Source: Octopus sinensis
Lineage: Eukaryota
NCBI RefSeq assembly: GCF_006345805.1
Contig: NC_043000.1
Span: forward strand, 114,762,001 to 114,826,000
Direction of reading: 5' to 3'
DNA length: 64,000 nucleotides
Of this stretch, positions 22,122 through 36,675 are shown piece by piece (positions within the stretch are counted from its first letter, which is position 1; every line of letters starts with the position of its first letter). A program made the translations under genes and the position numbers. Below the pieces are notes generated by a model that saw only the letters and a list, made by a program, of their open reading frames with translations, was not told the DNA's origin and made no database searches.

Positions 22122-25100
22122 TGGTTAATCCAGCACTAATTATGAGGAGTGTGGTGAAGCTAGCTGCAGATTGCAAAATTGCTAATGAACCAACAGATCC
22201 AAAGAAATTCATCTCTTGTTGCATAACAATTCAGCTACTCACCCTTCAGCTGAATCAGTGGTTCTCAACCATTTTTCTGCTTAAGAATACACTTGATTCT
22301 TACTTTACTCTACTGAACCTACATAGCCATTTTGATATTCAAAAGATCCTATTATATTTTTATCACTAAATATTACTAGGAATTCCTAAAATATTTTGTG
22401 TGTTACCGAAGCATAACGACTTTATTGCACATAAATTTTAACAACAAAATATTTATACGAACCACGAAGGGTCGTATGGACCTTGGCTGACAGGCACTGA
22501 ACTAAATTATTAGTCAAGTGAAATAGCTGCTGCATGACACACACAGATATAAAATGTGAATGTATAACTCACTGTGACACGACAAGAACCTATATTTATA
22601 GAAAATAAGACACACCTCGCATATAAAAAGCGAGTTGTTTTTCACATCAAGATTTGACTGGTGTTATTGTTGCTTCTACAGTTACTTTCACCATGTATGT
22701 CTGTGTGTATATTATCGTAATTATCACCATCATCATCATCGTTTAACGTCCGTTTTCAATGCATACATGTAAAGGGCCAGGCATGAGAAGGGTCATGCAT
22801 GGGTAGGCCCACGCATGTGTAGGACCATGCATGCATGTCTAAATATATATATGTATCATCATCATCATCGTCGTTTAATGTCCGCTTTCCATGCTAGCAT
22901 GGGTTGGACGATTTTGACTGAGAGCTGGCGAACCAGATGGCTGCACCAGGCTTCAATCTTGATCTGGCAGAGTTTCTACAGCTGATGCCCTTCCTAACGC
23001 CAATCACTCCCAGAGTGTAGTGGGTGCTTTTACGTGCCACCGGCATGGGGGCCAGTCAGGCAGTACTGGCAATGACCTCGCTTGAATCTTTTACACATGC
23101 CACCAGCACAGGTGCCAGTAAGGCGATATATATATATATATATATATATATGTATAAGGGTTTCTTGCATTAGAAGAGAAACATGTCTACTCTAGATGGG
23201 GAGAGAGAAAGTGGGCATATTTCAGTTTCCCTCAGCCAAATCTACTCACAAGGCTTTAGTTGATCAGGGGTTATAGTAGTAGGGGGCTTGGCCAAGGTGT
23301 CAGGCAGTGGGACCAAACCTGAAACCATGTTGTTGAGAAGTAATCTTGGTAACCACACAGCTATATTTGTGTCTGTAGCCAAGCCTATACCTATATGTGT
23401 ATATATGTATGTGTGTCATTGTTCAGTTTTATTTCAAGATTTCTTGCAAATAAAGAGCTGGTTTCTAACCTAGATACAAAGCTCCTTCATTGGAATTTGA
23501 GTATGTATGTATGTATGTATGTATGCATGCATGTATGTATGTATGTATGCATGCATGTATGTATGTATGCATGCATGTATGTATGTCAGTTTTATTTCAA
23601 GATTTCTTGCAAATAGAGAAAGAACCAGTTTCTAAAATATGCTGTGACTGCAAAGACCCGACAAATAAAGTGAGTTCACAGCTGTATCCTACACCAGTTT
23701 CACATAACCAGCCCCAGCCCATCCAAAAGTACCTTAGATCGCAAGACGGCCTGCTGTGCTTACCCTGGATCATAGGGCGACCGGCTGTGCTTGAGGAGAC
23801 CTATCGAGTCAAGTACATCAACATCAAAATAAAAATCAAATGGAAATTGTAGTTGTGAGACCCATGCTGATGGCACATAAAAGCACCATCCGAACGTGGC
23901 CGATGCCAGTGCCACCTTGACTGGCTTCCATGCCAGTGGCACATAAAAAGCACCAACTGATCGTGGCCGTTGCCAGCTACCTCTAGCCCCTGTGTCGGTG
24001 GCATGTAAAAAGCACCCACTACACTCATGGAGTGGTTTGCATTAGGAAGGGCATCCAGCAGTAGAAACACTGCCAGATCAGACTGGAGCCTGGTGCAGCC
24101 TCCTAGCTTCCTAGACCCCGGTTGAATTATCCAACCTGTGCTAGCATGGAAAATGGACATTAAACGATGATGATGATGGTGATGATCCAAGGTTCCTTCA
24201 TTGGAATTTCAACATCAACAGCATGGTATTTTTGTTTGTATGTATGTGCAGATTTGTATGTTTTGTTTTATGTATATCTTCTCATACATAGAGTTACATA
24301 TTTAGACATTCTTATATATATTTAAATGATAAACTTCTGTAAAGTTTTACAGATTTTTACAGTTCCAGTGATGGATTGGATCTGTAGTCTTCAAATTAAT
24401 TTTCTCCTTTCTGGTTTCGAGAAGCCAACTTTCTCAAGATTGGTATTTAGGAAGTGTTATATATCCCAGGGCCCCAATAATTACAAGTATAAACCTGAAC
24501 TTGTAATCTGGATAGAATAAGTGCAGATTTTTCAATAGTTCAGCATAATTGTTCTCTTTTTCACTGATCTTCATCTTGTGTGTGTGTGTGGTGTATGTAT
24601 ATATATATATATATTTATTGTTTTGCTATTTATTCATGAACTGGCAGAGGTTCCAAGCAATGTCTGGGTATTGTTGTATCAAAGGTGAACAGATGTGATT
24701 CAAGGGAGATTTGTCATATCTTTCTCACTGTTTCTCTCTCATGCATATCTTTTCCCAGCTCTCCGCAGTTCTCTTCCCCCATTACTCATCATCCATTTAC
24801 ATCTCCTACACACTCCACCTGACACCCTTTATACCTTTAATACTCAGCTGCTCTCATTCCACCTGTATTCATATATCCAACAAATCATATTTTATGTCAT
24901 TTCTCTCTTCAATTCCAAAGATCTGCCACAATACATACATTTGTCTTATTAAAATGTAGCATATCACATCACGTATAAATTCCTCATTCAATCAACATTT
25001 TGCAGTGGAGTTTTGAAAAAGCTGTCCATAATTCAAAGGGGACAAAAAGGTGCAGAAGTCAGGGACAAAAATGTATACAACAATTTCTTTCTTTCATATT

Positions 25101-25859
25101 AAAAAAAATAATTCTTCAGAATCATAGCTACTGTGGAAACACAGAAATTCTCAAACAATGAACGATAACAATGCTTTTCTTCTTCAAATAAGGTTTCAAA
25201 GAATTGTTCCCAAACTCAATGCTCTTTATGCAGTAGAAGGGAAACAATATGTTATAATAATCTTTTCTACTCTAAGCACAAGGCCTGAAATTCTCGGGGA
25301 TGGAGCCAGTTGATTAGATCAGCCCCAGTACATAACTGGTACTTAATTTATTGACCCCAGTGGAATTTGAACTCAAAATGTAAAGACAGCCAAAATACTG
25401 CTAAGTATTCACCTCAGCATGCTAACATTTCTTTTATCTGTTTCAGTCATTTGACTGCGGCCATGCTGGAGCACCACCTTTAGTCAAGCAAATTGCCCCC
25501 AGGACTTATTCTTTGTAAGCCTAGTACTTATTCTATCGGTCTCGCTTGCTGAACTGCTAAGTTACGGGGACGTAAATACACCAGCATCGGTTGTCAAGCG
25601 ATGTTGGTGAGGGACAAACACTGATACACAAACATATACACACACACACACATACACATATATATTATCCTCATTATATATATATACGACGAGCTTCTTT
25701 CAGTTTCCGTCTACCAAATCCACTCACAAGGCTTTGGTCGGCCCGAGGCTATAGTAGAAGACACTTGCCCAAAGTGCCACGCACTGGGACTGAACCCAGA
25801 ACCATGTGGTTCATAAGCAAGCTACTTACCGCACAGTCACTCCTGTACCTATGTTATAA

Positions 25860-26255
25860 TAATAAGAATGAAATTATTGTGTATAGTGCTCAGGTGCACT
25901 ACAACTCATCAAAGGTGCATGTGCAGTACATAGAATTATGTACACAAATCAGGAAAGTGAACAGTGTATGAGTCATGATATACATGTGTGCATGCATATG
26001 GGGAGGGGGATATCAGGTGTAGTGTTGGCAAATTTCAGGAAGCATGGAGGTTTTAAAGGATGCAATGTCTTGGCAACTAACAACAGATGCAGGTAGTTTG
26101 TTCCATGCTTCAGAGTATGAAAAAATGTTTCCGAAAGCCATGGAAACTGTGCTGTTTTCTGACTTTGTAGGCATAGACACATGGAGCTCAAAAAGGTGCT
26201 CAACGTGGTTGTTGACACGATGGTTAATAATTCTGTAGGTGTTTACTAAATCAGT
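25860..26255 (-). mobile_element. CR1-clade LINE 3' end
   Basis: LRHLATDLVNTYRII...EAWNKLPASVVSCQDIASFKTSM; same family as 30063-30530. Confidence 0.8.
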
Positions 26256-27729
26256 TGCCAGATGTCGGAGCTTGTTTATATAAAGTGGCGCTCCATCAAT
26301 TACGATGGCAAGGGTTCCGGGTGGTCCAATCAATGGAACAGCCTACTCATGAAATTAATGTACAAGTGGCTGAGTACTCCACAGACACACATAAGGTTAA
26401 CACTAATTTACTTTACTCTATTTACTTCACTCTATTTACTTTAGCTCTGTTACCATAGCAAAAGTCCCAATACTTTTTGACCAGACCTCGTATACACACT
26501 CAAACACCCACCTACCACCATCACATATGCACACATACATATATCCATACAAACATATATTTACACACACACACCAAATATCCACAATCACATCCAATTT
26601 CCAATGAACTACAATATTTTCCATTGATTCTAGTAAGAATGACCATTTACTGTCTTTTGTCAAAATTTGGCAAAAATATTCCAATGTTTTGAAAAGTCTG
26701 TAACCTCATTGCAGTACTGTGATATCAATCTCTGCCAATGTTTACCAAAGTCTTCATATCTTGGAACCAACAAAGTTTAACAATAGTAGCATTTATTATA
26801 TTTTTTCCTTGTTTTAGTTAGTGGAGGAAGTGGTGATTAATGGTTAATGAATAATGTAATTTGAGTTTTGTGATGGTGTGCCCTGGTTGTATTGTTTTCT
26901 TGATTCTATTTTTAGTGCCTGTTTCCTGTAACTTAACTGAAATAATGTCAAGTTTATGAAGAAAGATCAAAGAACACAAGACTATCTGGTTTCTTCTTTT
27001 CTCTCATGTCCTTCATAACACTCCAAGAATGTTTTGAAAATTTTCATTACCACAAATATATGTGAATTTTGAAATTCCATTTTTTCCCCAAGGATCTATG
27101 CTCAGCCACCCTTTGATCCAGGTAGGTCGGTACATATTCTGTCTTTCCAATAACCCTTTCTATTATAGGCACAAGGCCTGAAATTTGGAAGAAGAGGATA
27201 GTTGATTACAAGCTACATACCACACAGCCACTCCTGCGCCTCCTGTTTGCTAATGTATTTTTATTTTTTGTGAAAATTGAAAATGCTACATAAATAAACA
27301 TTGCATGGTTGAGTTTGGTAACATGTTTACAGGAACATAACATCTACGATAGTCAAGGGATTAATGTGTGTGTGTGTGTCTCTCATGGTAAGAAACTCTG
27401 CAGAGAGCTGAACAGCAGAAGTCTTCAGTGAAGAAATCTCAGGTTTGTCTCTCAGCCCTTAACTTCTTACATTCTAAGGGGACCAGGTAAGGCAAAAAAG
27501 GTAAAGTTACCTTATTGAGTTATGCTGACTCATAAGGGCCAGTTTCCCGGTTTCTATGACATATAAATTCTCCATTTGGATGGGATGTTAATCTGTCACC
27601 TGATTATTCATTTTTGCCAGTTGAGAGGACTGGAGCAATGTGAAGTGTCTTGCTCAAGAACACAACGCATTGCCCATTCCAGCAATCAAAACCACAATCT
27701 TATAATCATAAGTCCAACACCCTTACCAC

Positions 27730-27930
27730 TCTCACATACACACACTCACTCACGCATACACAAACACACACTCACACACAAACACACTCACACACACTCA
27801 CATGCACACACACACTCTCACACACACTCTCTCACACACACACATGCACACACACACACACACACCCTCACACATGCACACACACACGTGTATATATAGT
27901 AAGTGTGTATACATGTATCACACACACCCT

Positions 27931-27982
<52 letters not shown>

Positions 27983-28990
27983 TATATATAGCAAGTGTGT
28001 ATACATGTATCACACACAAAAGCAAACTGCCACATCCAGGCCATGGGTCCTGGGTACCCTTTCTGCTGACGCTAAACAACCACTTGGATACCAGAAATTT
28101 CTGCATTTAAACTATTTGGAGATTTCATCCAGTTGTCACTCCTCTCCATTATCATCATCATCATCATTTAACGTCCCCTTTTTTATGGTGGCATGGGTTA
28201 GACTATTTATGATAATAGATCCTACATGTTTCACCTCTATGTTTGCTTGGAACCCTATATTGGGTGTTCCAAGTGCTTTTGGATGCATAATCTGAACGAA
28301 ACATCAGGGAACACTTTGTTGTATTAAGTTACAGGGAAAGAGGGTGAGCCCTGGTTCTCTGTAAACTTAATGTAATAAAGTTGTATTGTAATGCAAAAAT
28401 CTATGTAGTGTGTGTTAATTGCCAATATAGAGTGAAGATCAATGAAAGAGATCAAAGAGGTGGATAAGCAGAGATGGATATTAAACTGTAATTGACTTTA
28501 TAAATTGCTGAATATATGTTCATTGATGCATGGGCAAGTGTGTGTGTGTGTGTGTGTGAACTTGTGCTTGTGTGTGTATCTGTGTGTGTGTGTGTATCTA
28601 TCTGTGAACATGTGCTTGTGTATGTGTGTGTGTGTGTGTGTGCATGATTGTGTCTGTGTGTCTGTGTGCAGTCATGTGAGCATGTGTGTATGTATGCGTG
28701 TGTATGTGTAACAATGTTTGTGTGTGTGTGTGTGTGTGTGTATGTCTCTGTGAATGCGTGCTTGTGTGTGTGCCTGTGTCTGTGTGTGAATGTATGTCTC
28801 TATGTGAGCATGTGTGTGTATGTGTGCGTATGTATGTGTAACTATGTTTGTGTGTGTGTGAGTCTGTCTGTGTGTGTGAGTGTGTGTGCCTGTCTGTGAA
28901 CAAGTGCTTGTGTATGTATATGTGCGTGTGTGCACTTAACTATGTTAGTGAGTTTGTGTGTGTGTGTCATGTGTTGCGTGTGTGTGTGTC
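27730..28990. repeat. Compound (CA)n (27730-28015) and (TG)n (28540-28990) microsatellites
   Basis: Direct inspection. Confidence 0.95.
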
Positions 28991-29229
28991 TATTAATTGA
29001 CCAAACAGAAATATAGTTCTAGATGAATAGATGAAATGTTTTGCCAAAAATATCTCCAACCAAAGAGGTGGATGTCTGTATTGTTGATTGGAGGGACAGG
29101 TGGATGGACAGACAGACAGATTGATAATTAGACAGACAAATCGATAAAAAGATAAATAGCTAGAGATAGATAGATAGATTGTTAGATAGATACATACATA
29201 CATGCATACATACATACATATCTGTAGAC

Positions 29230-29260
<31 letters not shown>

Positions 29261-30027
29261 TAGATAGATAACTTTCTTTATTGGCCATACAGGGCTGAAC
29301 ACAGAGGGGACAAATACAAATGTAGAGCTTTTCTTTTCGAATATGAAAAAAAAGGAAAAAAAAAGAGAAAAAAGTAAAATTCCGATCACAAGGGATTGGG
29401 GAAAAAAAAAGCGATCAAAAGGGATCATGTATCACAGAAGAAATTTTTAAAAAGTAAGAAGCAAGATTAGGTTTATCCGTGGAAAGGAAAGCCTATGGAA
29501 AAGACTACAGTAACCTCAGGCAGGGAGGAAATAAACAGATGAGAGCAAAGTGCTCTCTCTCTCTCTCTTTTTACGATTTACAGGATCATGCTCGAAGTGG
29601 TTTCATCACTCACACGCACCATCTTTGCTACATTCGCCCACATTTTTTTAAAACTTTCACAAGACAAAACCTGTCTCTCCATTCTCACCTTCCTTTTCAA
29701 GTGGTACTTGAAAAAGTTGATGAGCGATTGGAGATAGATAGATACATACATACATATGTACATACATGAATAGATAGATGATAGATATCAATTACCCAAA
29801 CGATATATTATTCATCAATATATTTATCTATCTACAGTATATATTTGTCTGTTTTTTTACAGATAGGCACAGGAGTGGCTATGTGGTAAGTAGCTTGCTT
29901 ACCAACCACTTAGTTCTGGGTTCAGTCCCACTGCATGGCACCTTGGGCAAGTGTTTTCTACTATAGCCTTAGGCCGACCAAAGCATTGTGAGTGGATTTG
30001 GAAGACAGAAACAGAAAGAAGCCCATC

Positions 30028-30062
<35 letters not shown>

Positions 30063-30067
<5 letters not shown>

Positions 30068-30530
30068 TGAACGCCTTACTTCCCTGGGCATGGACACATT
30101 GAAACTCCGACGTCTGGCAGCTGACTTGGCAGACACCCATAAAATTATCAACCATCGCACAAACAATAACTCTGAGCACCTCTTCAAACTCCACCCATCT
30201 AACACCCGTGGACATATTTACAAAGTAAGAAAACAGCACAGCTCCCATGACTTCAGGAAACATTTTTTCACGCTGAGAGTTGCTGAAGCATGGAACAAAC
30301 TGCCGGTATCGGTTGTTAGTTGTCGGAGCACTGCATCCTTCAAAACTTCCATGCTTCCTGAGATTCGCCAACACTACACTTGATTTTCTCCCCTCCATAC
30401 ACACACAAGCATGTATCTGACTCATACATTGTTCGTTTTCCAGACATTTCTACATTACTGCATGTACTTTATATGCACTTTCTGACAAGTTGTGGTGCAC
30501 CTGAGCACTGTATACAATAATTTCATTATT
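30063..30530 (+). mobile_element. CR1-clade LINE 3' end nested in the internal (TA)n of a SINE (SINE halves 29866-30030 and 30570-30790)
   Basis: YPERLTSLGMDTLKLRRLAADL...NTRGHIYK...FFTLRVAEAWNKLP, followed by an (ATT)n tail. Confidence 0.88.
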
Positions 30531-33500
30531 ATTATTTTTATTATTATTATTTATATATATATATATATATATGTGTTTGTGTCCACCCCCAAATCGCTTG
30601 AACTGCAATGCTGGTGTATTTACATCCCCATAACTTAGCAGTTTATCAAAAAGAGACTGATAAAATAAGTACTAGGCTTACAATGAATAAGTCCTGGGTC
30701 AATTTGTTCAACTAAAAGGTGGTGCTCCAGCATGGCTGCAGTCAAATGACTGAAACAAGTAAAAGAAAAGGAAAGAGAATAAAAGAATCTGTTTTTATAT
30801 GTCTCTCTGTTTTTCTGTCAGCCTCTCTCTGTAGGCACTAGCATAGCAAAGTAGGGGCAGTCTGCCCAGGGTGGCACTTTTAAAGTGGCAGCACTTTTCA
30901 TCATGTTGTAGGCAATATGTTTTATGTCCCTGTAACTTAGCAGTTTGGCAAAAGAGACCGATAGAATAAGTACTAGGCTTACAAAGAATAAGTCCTGGGG
31001 TCGATGTGTTCAACTAAAGGTGGTGCTCCGGCATGGCCGCTGTCAAATGACTGAAACAAGTAAAAAAAAATATATATGTATATATATTAGAGAAGAACCA
31101 ACCTTTTATCAATTCAACAAGGAAATAACAATGATATAATTAATTTAGTATTACTAAATTGAATTTTTCCCTGTAAGTTTGGAATAATATTCCCCAATAT
31201 TATTGTTATTATTATTATTATTATATATTTGCACAGCCATGTACATGAACATAAATTTATATTAGATACTGTGAAATACAGTCCCTTTGTGTGCATCCTC
31301 AGTTACAGCCATTCTTTTGTGTTTCCTTTAATTAAGTTTCTGCCGGTTGCCCAGCATCTCATTATTTTAATCCCGTCCATTTGTGAAAAACAATTGTTCA
31401 GTTGGTATGCGAAATGTATACAAGAAAATGCACATCCAGTAATTAATAGAATGTGCATTCCACAGATGACTGCAGAGAAAATTTATTGCTTGACTGTTAT
31501 AGTAATAATAATAATGATAATAATAATAATAATGGCTTCAAATTTTTCCACAACGGCAGCAATTTTGGGGGAGGGGTTGAGTCGATTATATCGACCCCAG
31601 TATTCGACCGGTACTTAATTTATCAACCCTGTGAAAGGATGAAAGCAAAGTCGACCTCGGGGGTATTTGAACTCAGAACTTAGTGACGGGCAAAATACTT
31701 CTAAGCATTTTGTCCGGCACACTAACGATTTTGCCAGCTCATCGCCTTAGTAATAATAACAATAATAATAATAATAGTAGTAGTAACCCTTTCTACTTTA
31801 AGCATAAGGCTTGAAATTTGGTAGTAGCTGACTACATCAAACCCTGTGCTCAACAGATACTTAGTTTATCAACCCCAAAAGGATGAAAGGTAAAGGTGAA
31901 CTTGGTGGAATTTGATCTCAGAATTTAAAGATAGAGGAAATGCCATTAAGCATTTTGCATTGCACATTAACAATTCTGCCACCTCACCGCCTTACCTAAC
32001 AAGGACAATTATAAGAACCCTGGAATGACTATATAATCTCTGAGAATAAGAATAGCATCAAGATCCCATTAGGATAGGAGCACTTTGTCGGTTACAATGA
32101 CGAAGGTCCCAGCTGATACGATCAACGGAACAGCTTGCTTGTGAAATTACCGTGCAAGTGACAGAGCATTCCACAGACACATGTACCCTTAACGTAGATC
32201 GCAAGGAGATTCAGCGTGACACAGAGTGTAACAAGGCTGGCCCTTTTTTGAAATACAGGCACTACTCATTTTTGCCAGCTGAGTGGACTGGAGCAACGTG
32301 AAATAAAGTGTCTTTCTCAAGGACACAACGTGTCAGCAGGAATCGAACTCACAACCTTATGATCATATGCCGAATGCCCTAACCACGAAGCCACACGCCC
32401 TTACAAGATCCCATTAGGGTCCCTTAGACACACCAGGTCGATAAGTTAGAAATATGATCTACGAAAATAAGCTCCTATCTGTTATTTATTTTTTCTATTG
32501 TGTCACACTGATGTAATTTCAAATCTGTCCATGGATTATCTGGTCGATGTCTTATGATTTACTAATCTCTGTATATCATGACAGAGTAAGAATTGATGCT
32601 AATCCAGCATTAATCAAAGGATTAAACAGCCAAAACATATTTTTTTTAACATAACTAAAAATAAATATAAAAAATAGCTAAAACAAACTGAAAAGAAAAA
32701 TAAAGCTATAATCAGAAAGAGAAGTAAACGAAGGAAAGATAAATAATTAATTAAGTGGTTGTCATTATATATTTGTTTTGTCTTTTTCATATTTTTTCAT
32801 TTTGACACATGCACATGTTTTAACAAAAAATATGTGTAAATTGTGCGGGTGTATGCGAGGGTAAGTATGTGTGTGGGTGTGATTATGTGGGTGTGGATGT
32901 GAGTGTATATGTACTTTGTCACTCAGTTCTCCTCTCTTCCTATATCTACCGTTCATGGTGTGTAAATATAAATATACATCGATTCAGTAATGCATGTTGG
33001 GTAAAGAAAATGCTCCAGTCACACATGACTGAATAGACTGCGTCAACAACAAGATGACCAAGTCAGTGAGGAAGCCTCTACATGATCAAGTGACCTACTA
33101 GAAGTAGCAACTAATTTCCCCTCATGAAAAATATAACGAAGTTAGTGAGTTTAAAAGTTTGTATGATGCAGAGAGAAGCAGACATTTTGAGGTCTGATCC
33201 TTCATCTGAGAGAAAGATCTGGTCTGAGTCTGTCCTTGATTTCTCCCCTTCCCCATCCTCATTACATGTGACCATATCCAAATTCACAATCTTCACTTTA
33301 TAATTCTTGCTGATGCCAACCATTTGTTTCCTCAGACTCATTTTTACTTCAGGTACCCTGGTGCTCTATATTCTTTTCTACTCTAGGCACAGGGCCCAAA
33401 ATTTTGGGGGAGGGAGCCAGTTGATTAGATCGACCCCAGTATGCAACTGGTACTTATTACTGGATGAAAGGCACAGTCAACCTTGACAGCACTTGAACTC

Positions 33501-35479
33501 AGAACATAAAGGCAGGTGACAGGCTGCTAACCATTTTGTCTGGCTTGCTAATGATTCTGCCAGCTTGCTGCTTTCTGTGATGTCATCTATCAGCTTCCCA
33601 TATTGACACAAGGCCAGTAATTTTGGGGAAAGCATAAGTTCATCATCATCATTTAATGTCCATTGTCCATGCTGGCATGGGTTGAACCATTTGACTGGGC
33701 TAGTAAGCTGATGGGCTGCACCAGACTCCAGTCTGATTTGACATGATTTTCTACAGCTGGATGCCTTTCCTGACACCAACCAATCTGAGAGTGTAATGGG
33801 TGCTTTTACGTGCCACCAGCATGGATGCCATTTGCTTGACACTGGGGTGCTTTTACATGCCACCAGCATGGGTGCTATTTGTGTGACACCAGGGTGCTTT
33901 TTATGTGCCACCAACATGGCTGCCAATTTGCATGACACTGGTATCTGCCACAACCACAATTTTGACAGCTTGATGGGTCTTCTTCTCAAGTTGATTATAT
34001 AAACCTCAGTACTCAACTGGTACTTATTTTATCAGGCCCCAAAGGATGAAAGGCAAAGTCAACCTCAATGGAATTTGAACTCAGAATATAAAGATGGACA
34101 AAATACTGCTCAGCAGTTTGCCAGCATGCAAATGATTCTGCTAGCTCGTCACCTTACTGTGGTGTTATATATTTGTTTCTTTATTGCCCACAAGGGGCTG
34201 AACATAGAGGGGACAAACAAGGACAGAGAAAGGGATTAAGTTGATTACATTGACTCAAGTGCCTAACTAGTACTTAATTTATCAACCCCGAAAGGATGAA
34301 AAGATAAGTCGACCTCAGCAGAATTTGAACTCAGAATGTAGTGGCAGACGAAATACCGCTAAGCATTTCACCCAGCGCACTAACGACTCTGCTAGCTCAT
34401 GGTTAGGAGGCAAACTTCTTATCCATGCCTGCACCTTTGGGTGACTATCATGTCCTTAACTGCTATGACACTACTGTCAACTTAAAGTCCTGGTTCCGCT
34501 GTTTGATTAACATGTACTTGGAGCTGTACTTTATCCCATGCATTCCCGACAGCCTCTAGTCATTAACAGCAATGGGAAATGTTTGGCTGTCAATATCAAA
34601 TAAACTTCTCTTGAGACTGCTATAATAAGTACCAAGCGTACAAAGAATAAGTCCTGGGGTCAATTTGTTTGACTAAAAAGGCAATGCTCCAGCATAGCCA
34701 CAGTCAAAAATGACTGAAACAAGTAAAAAAGTAAAAGAATAGAATAAAACAATATCCTCCTCATCATTTAATGTTTGCTTTCCATGCTGGCATGGGTTGG
34801 ACAGTTTGACTGGAGCTGGCCAGCTGGAGGCCTACAACAGGCGCCGATTGTCTGTTTTGACATGGTTTCTATGGCTGGAGGCCAACCACTTTACAGAGTG
34901 GACTGGATACTTTCCACATGTCCACCAGCAAGGATGCTTTTTATGCGACATCAGCACTGGTGCGTTTTATGTGACACCAACATGGGTGCTTTTTATGTGG
35001 TACTATATATATGTCATTAATTCCATTTTTCATTATTTGTCTCTATGGATACAATGGAATCTCTGATGTATATCCAGCAGCAGGAGCATTTTCACTGTAT
35101 GATGACATTAGGTAACCAATAACTGTGGATGAGCTTTGCATTACTTTCTAACAAGGTTTTTACCTGAATCTTATTTAACTATATATATTTTGTATATACA
35201 AAACTTTGATAACTTTCATAGGTTTTGGCCAGTATAGGTCCAGGCTATGTCTAACTTAATAGCACCACCTGCTGAAGTCTTTTAGTCATATATGGGCCAA
35301 ACCACTAAGTTACAGAGACATAAACACACCAACATTGTTTGGCCTGAGGCTATAGTAGAAGACACTTGCCCAAGGTGCCACACAGTGGGACTGAACCTGA
35401 AACCATGTGGTTGGGAAGCAAGCTTCTTATCACACAGTCATGAGTTATTATTGTTGGAGACATATCTAGGTGTGGGAGG

Positions 35480-36000
35480 TTGGCCTTGGATCTTTTGAAG
35501 AAATTTGTCCGGTGAACATTTGGTATGGCATTAAAGAGAGCTAGATTGGTTGAAGTAAAGTAATCGTGACATTACGTTACTATGTGTACCGAGTTCAATT
35601 TTTGTAGTGGGCGGATAGCACGGGGGTCAAGTCTTGGATGGATTTTAAAATTGATGCCAACATCATTTGTGCAATATTGATGGAATATTTTCCACAAAAC
35701 ACAAGTGATGTAGCGCTCCCGGTGGTGTTGGAGAGAGTAGAGATTGAGTTTTTTTAGTCAACCCCAATAGTCAATGCCTCTCATGCTGTCTATCTTTCTT
35801 GTTATAGAGATCTGGAGTGTTTCTACTTTCATAATGAGTTGCTTCATATGGGGGGACCACAGTGGGCAACAGTATTCAAGGTGAGGTTGGGCAAAAGTAG
35901 AGTAGAGAAAGATGATAGTGTAGGCATCTCTAGACTGGAAAGTTCTCAGAATCCAGGAGCACATTTCGCGGGCCAAGTCAACCTTGCTGCATATAATCTT
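35480..36000 (-). mobile_element. CR1-clade LINE RT fragment
   Basis: CSWILRTFQSRD...LYSTFAQPHLEYCCPLWSPH...DYWG*LKKLNLYSLQHHRERY. Confidence 0.85.
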
Positions 36001-36615
36001 ATACATGTAATCTTTACTGATATGTAATTTTATATGCATTTTTATGTTTTTATATTTCTTCGATATTTCTATGTATGATTGGAGAATCTTTACGCCTGTA
36101 TTTGCATGATTTATATTGATGTGTATAAATATATATGAATCAATTATACTGATTGAATATCTTCATTTATGCATTCAGGAATCTGGTTGACTGCCTATGG
36201 TTTGCGTTTTCAATTTCCTTTACTCTGTATTTTTTCACATTGGCTTTCTATGAGCACTCCGTAAATAGCCATACTTTCTATAACAAACTTAATATTTTAT
36301 ATATATATATAATGTAATTAATAATAACAGGGTAAAAATTAATCAATTGAATTAATTAATTAATCAATCAATTTATTAATAATTTCACCAAGTAGATCGG
36401 CACATTAAAATAACCTTTATAGGTAAAATTATACAAATATTTTATAATTATAAACATTATTATAATTAGGGTTCAGCTAATTGTTTCACCACATACCAAA
36501 TTTAGAAATAGGAGTTAAAATTCCTTTTCTACTACTATAAGAATCTCCATGACGGTAACATACTTTTTTATAATGGCAAAGAGAAAAACAATGAAACAAC
36601 ACGACCAGGATTAAC

Positions 36616-36675
36616 TATACACACGTTTCGAGATTAAAGTGATTTGAAATTTACTTACTTCTCTCTTCAGTATAT
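36616..36675 (-). ncRNA. Degenerate hammerhead ribozyme (probable Penelope pLTR fragment ~36310-36675)
   Basis: UAUA-CUGAAGA-GAGA...UCUC-GAAA-CGUG-UG-UAUA; the cleavage triplet GUG is non-permissive. Confidence 0.5.

Larger units (their letters stand above)
20535..22137 (-). mobile_element. Non-autonomous hAT element with transposase dimerisation-domain remnant; hosts two SINEs and two piggyBac MITEs
   Basis: Minus strand 21520-21030 reads IECAF*NVDVALHIFLTFLVSNYSAEHLYSQLKNVRNRIR...SIKADVLCKINLEDLIK (hAT C-terminal motif SxxSAERxFSxLK). Ends are homologous to 53365-53826. Confidence 0.8.
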
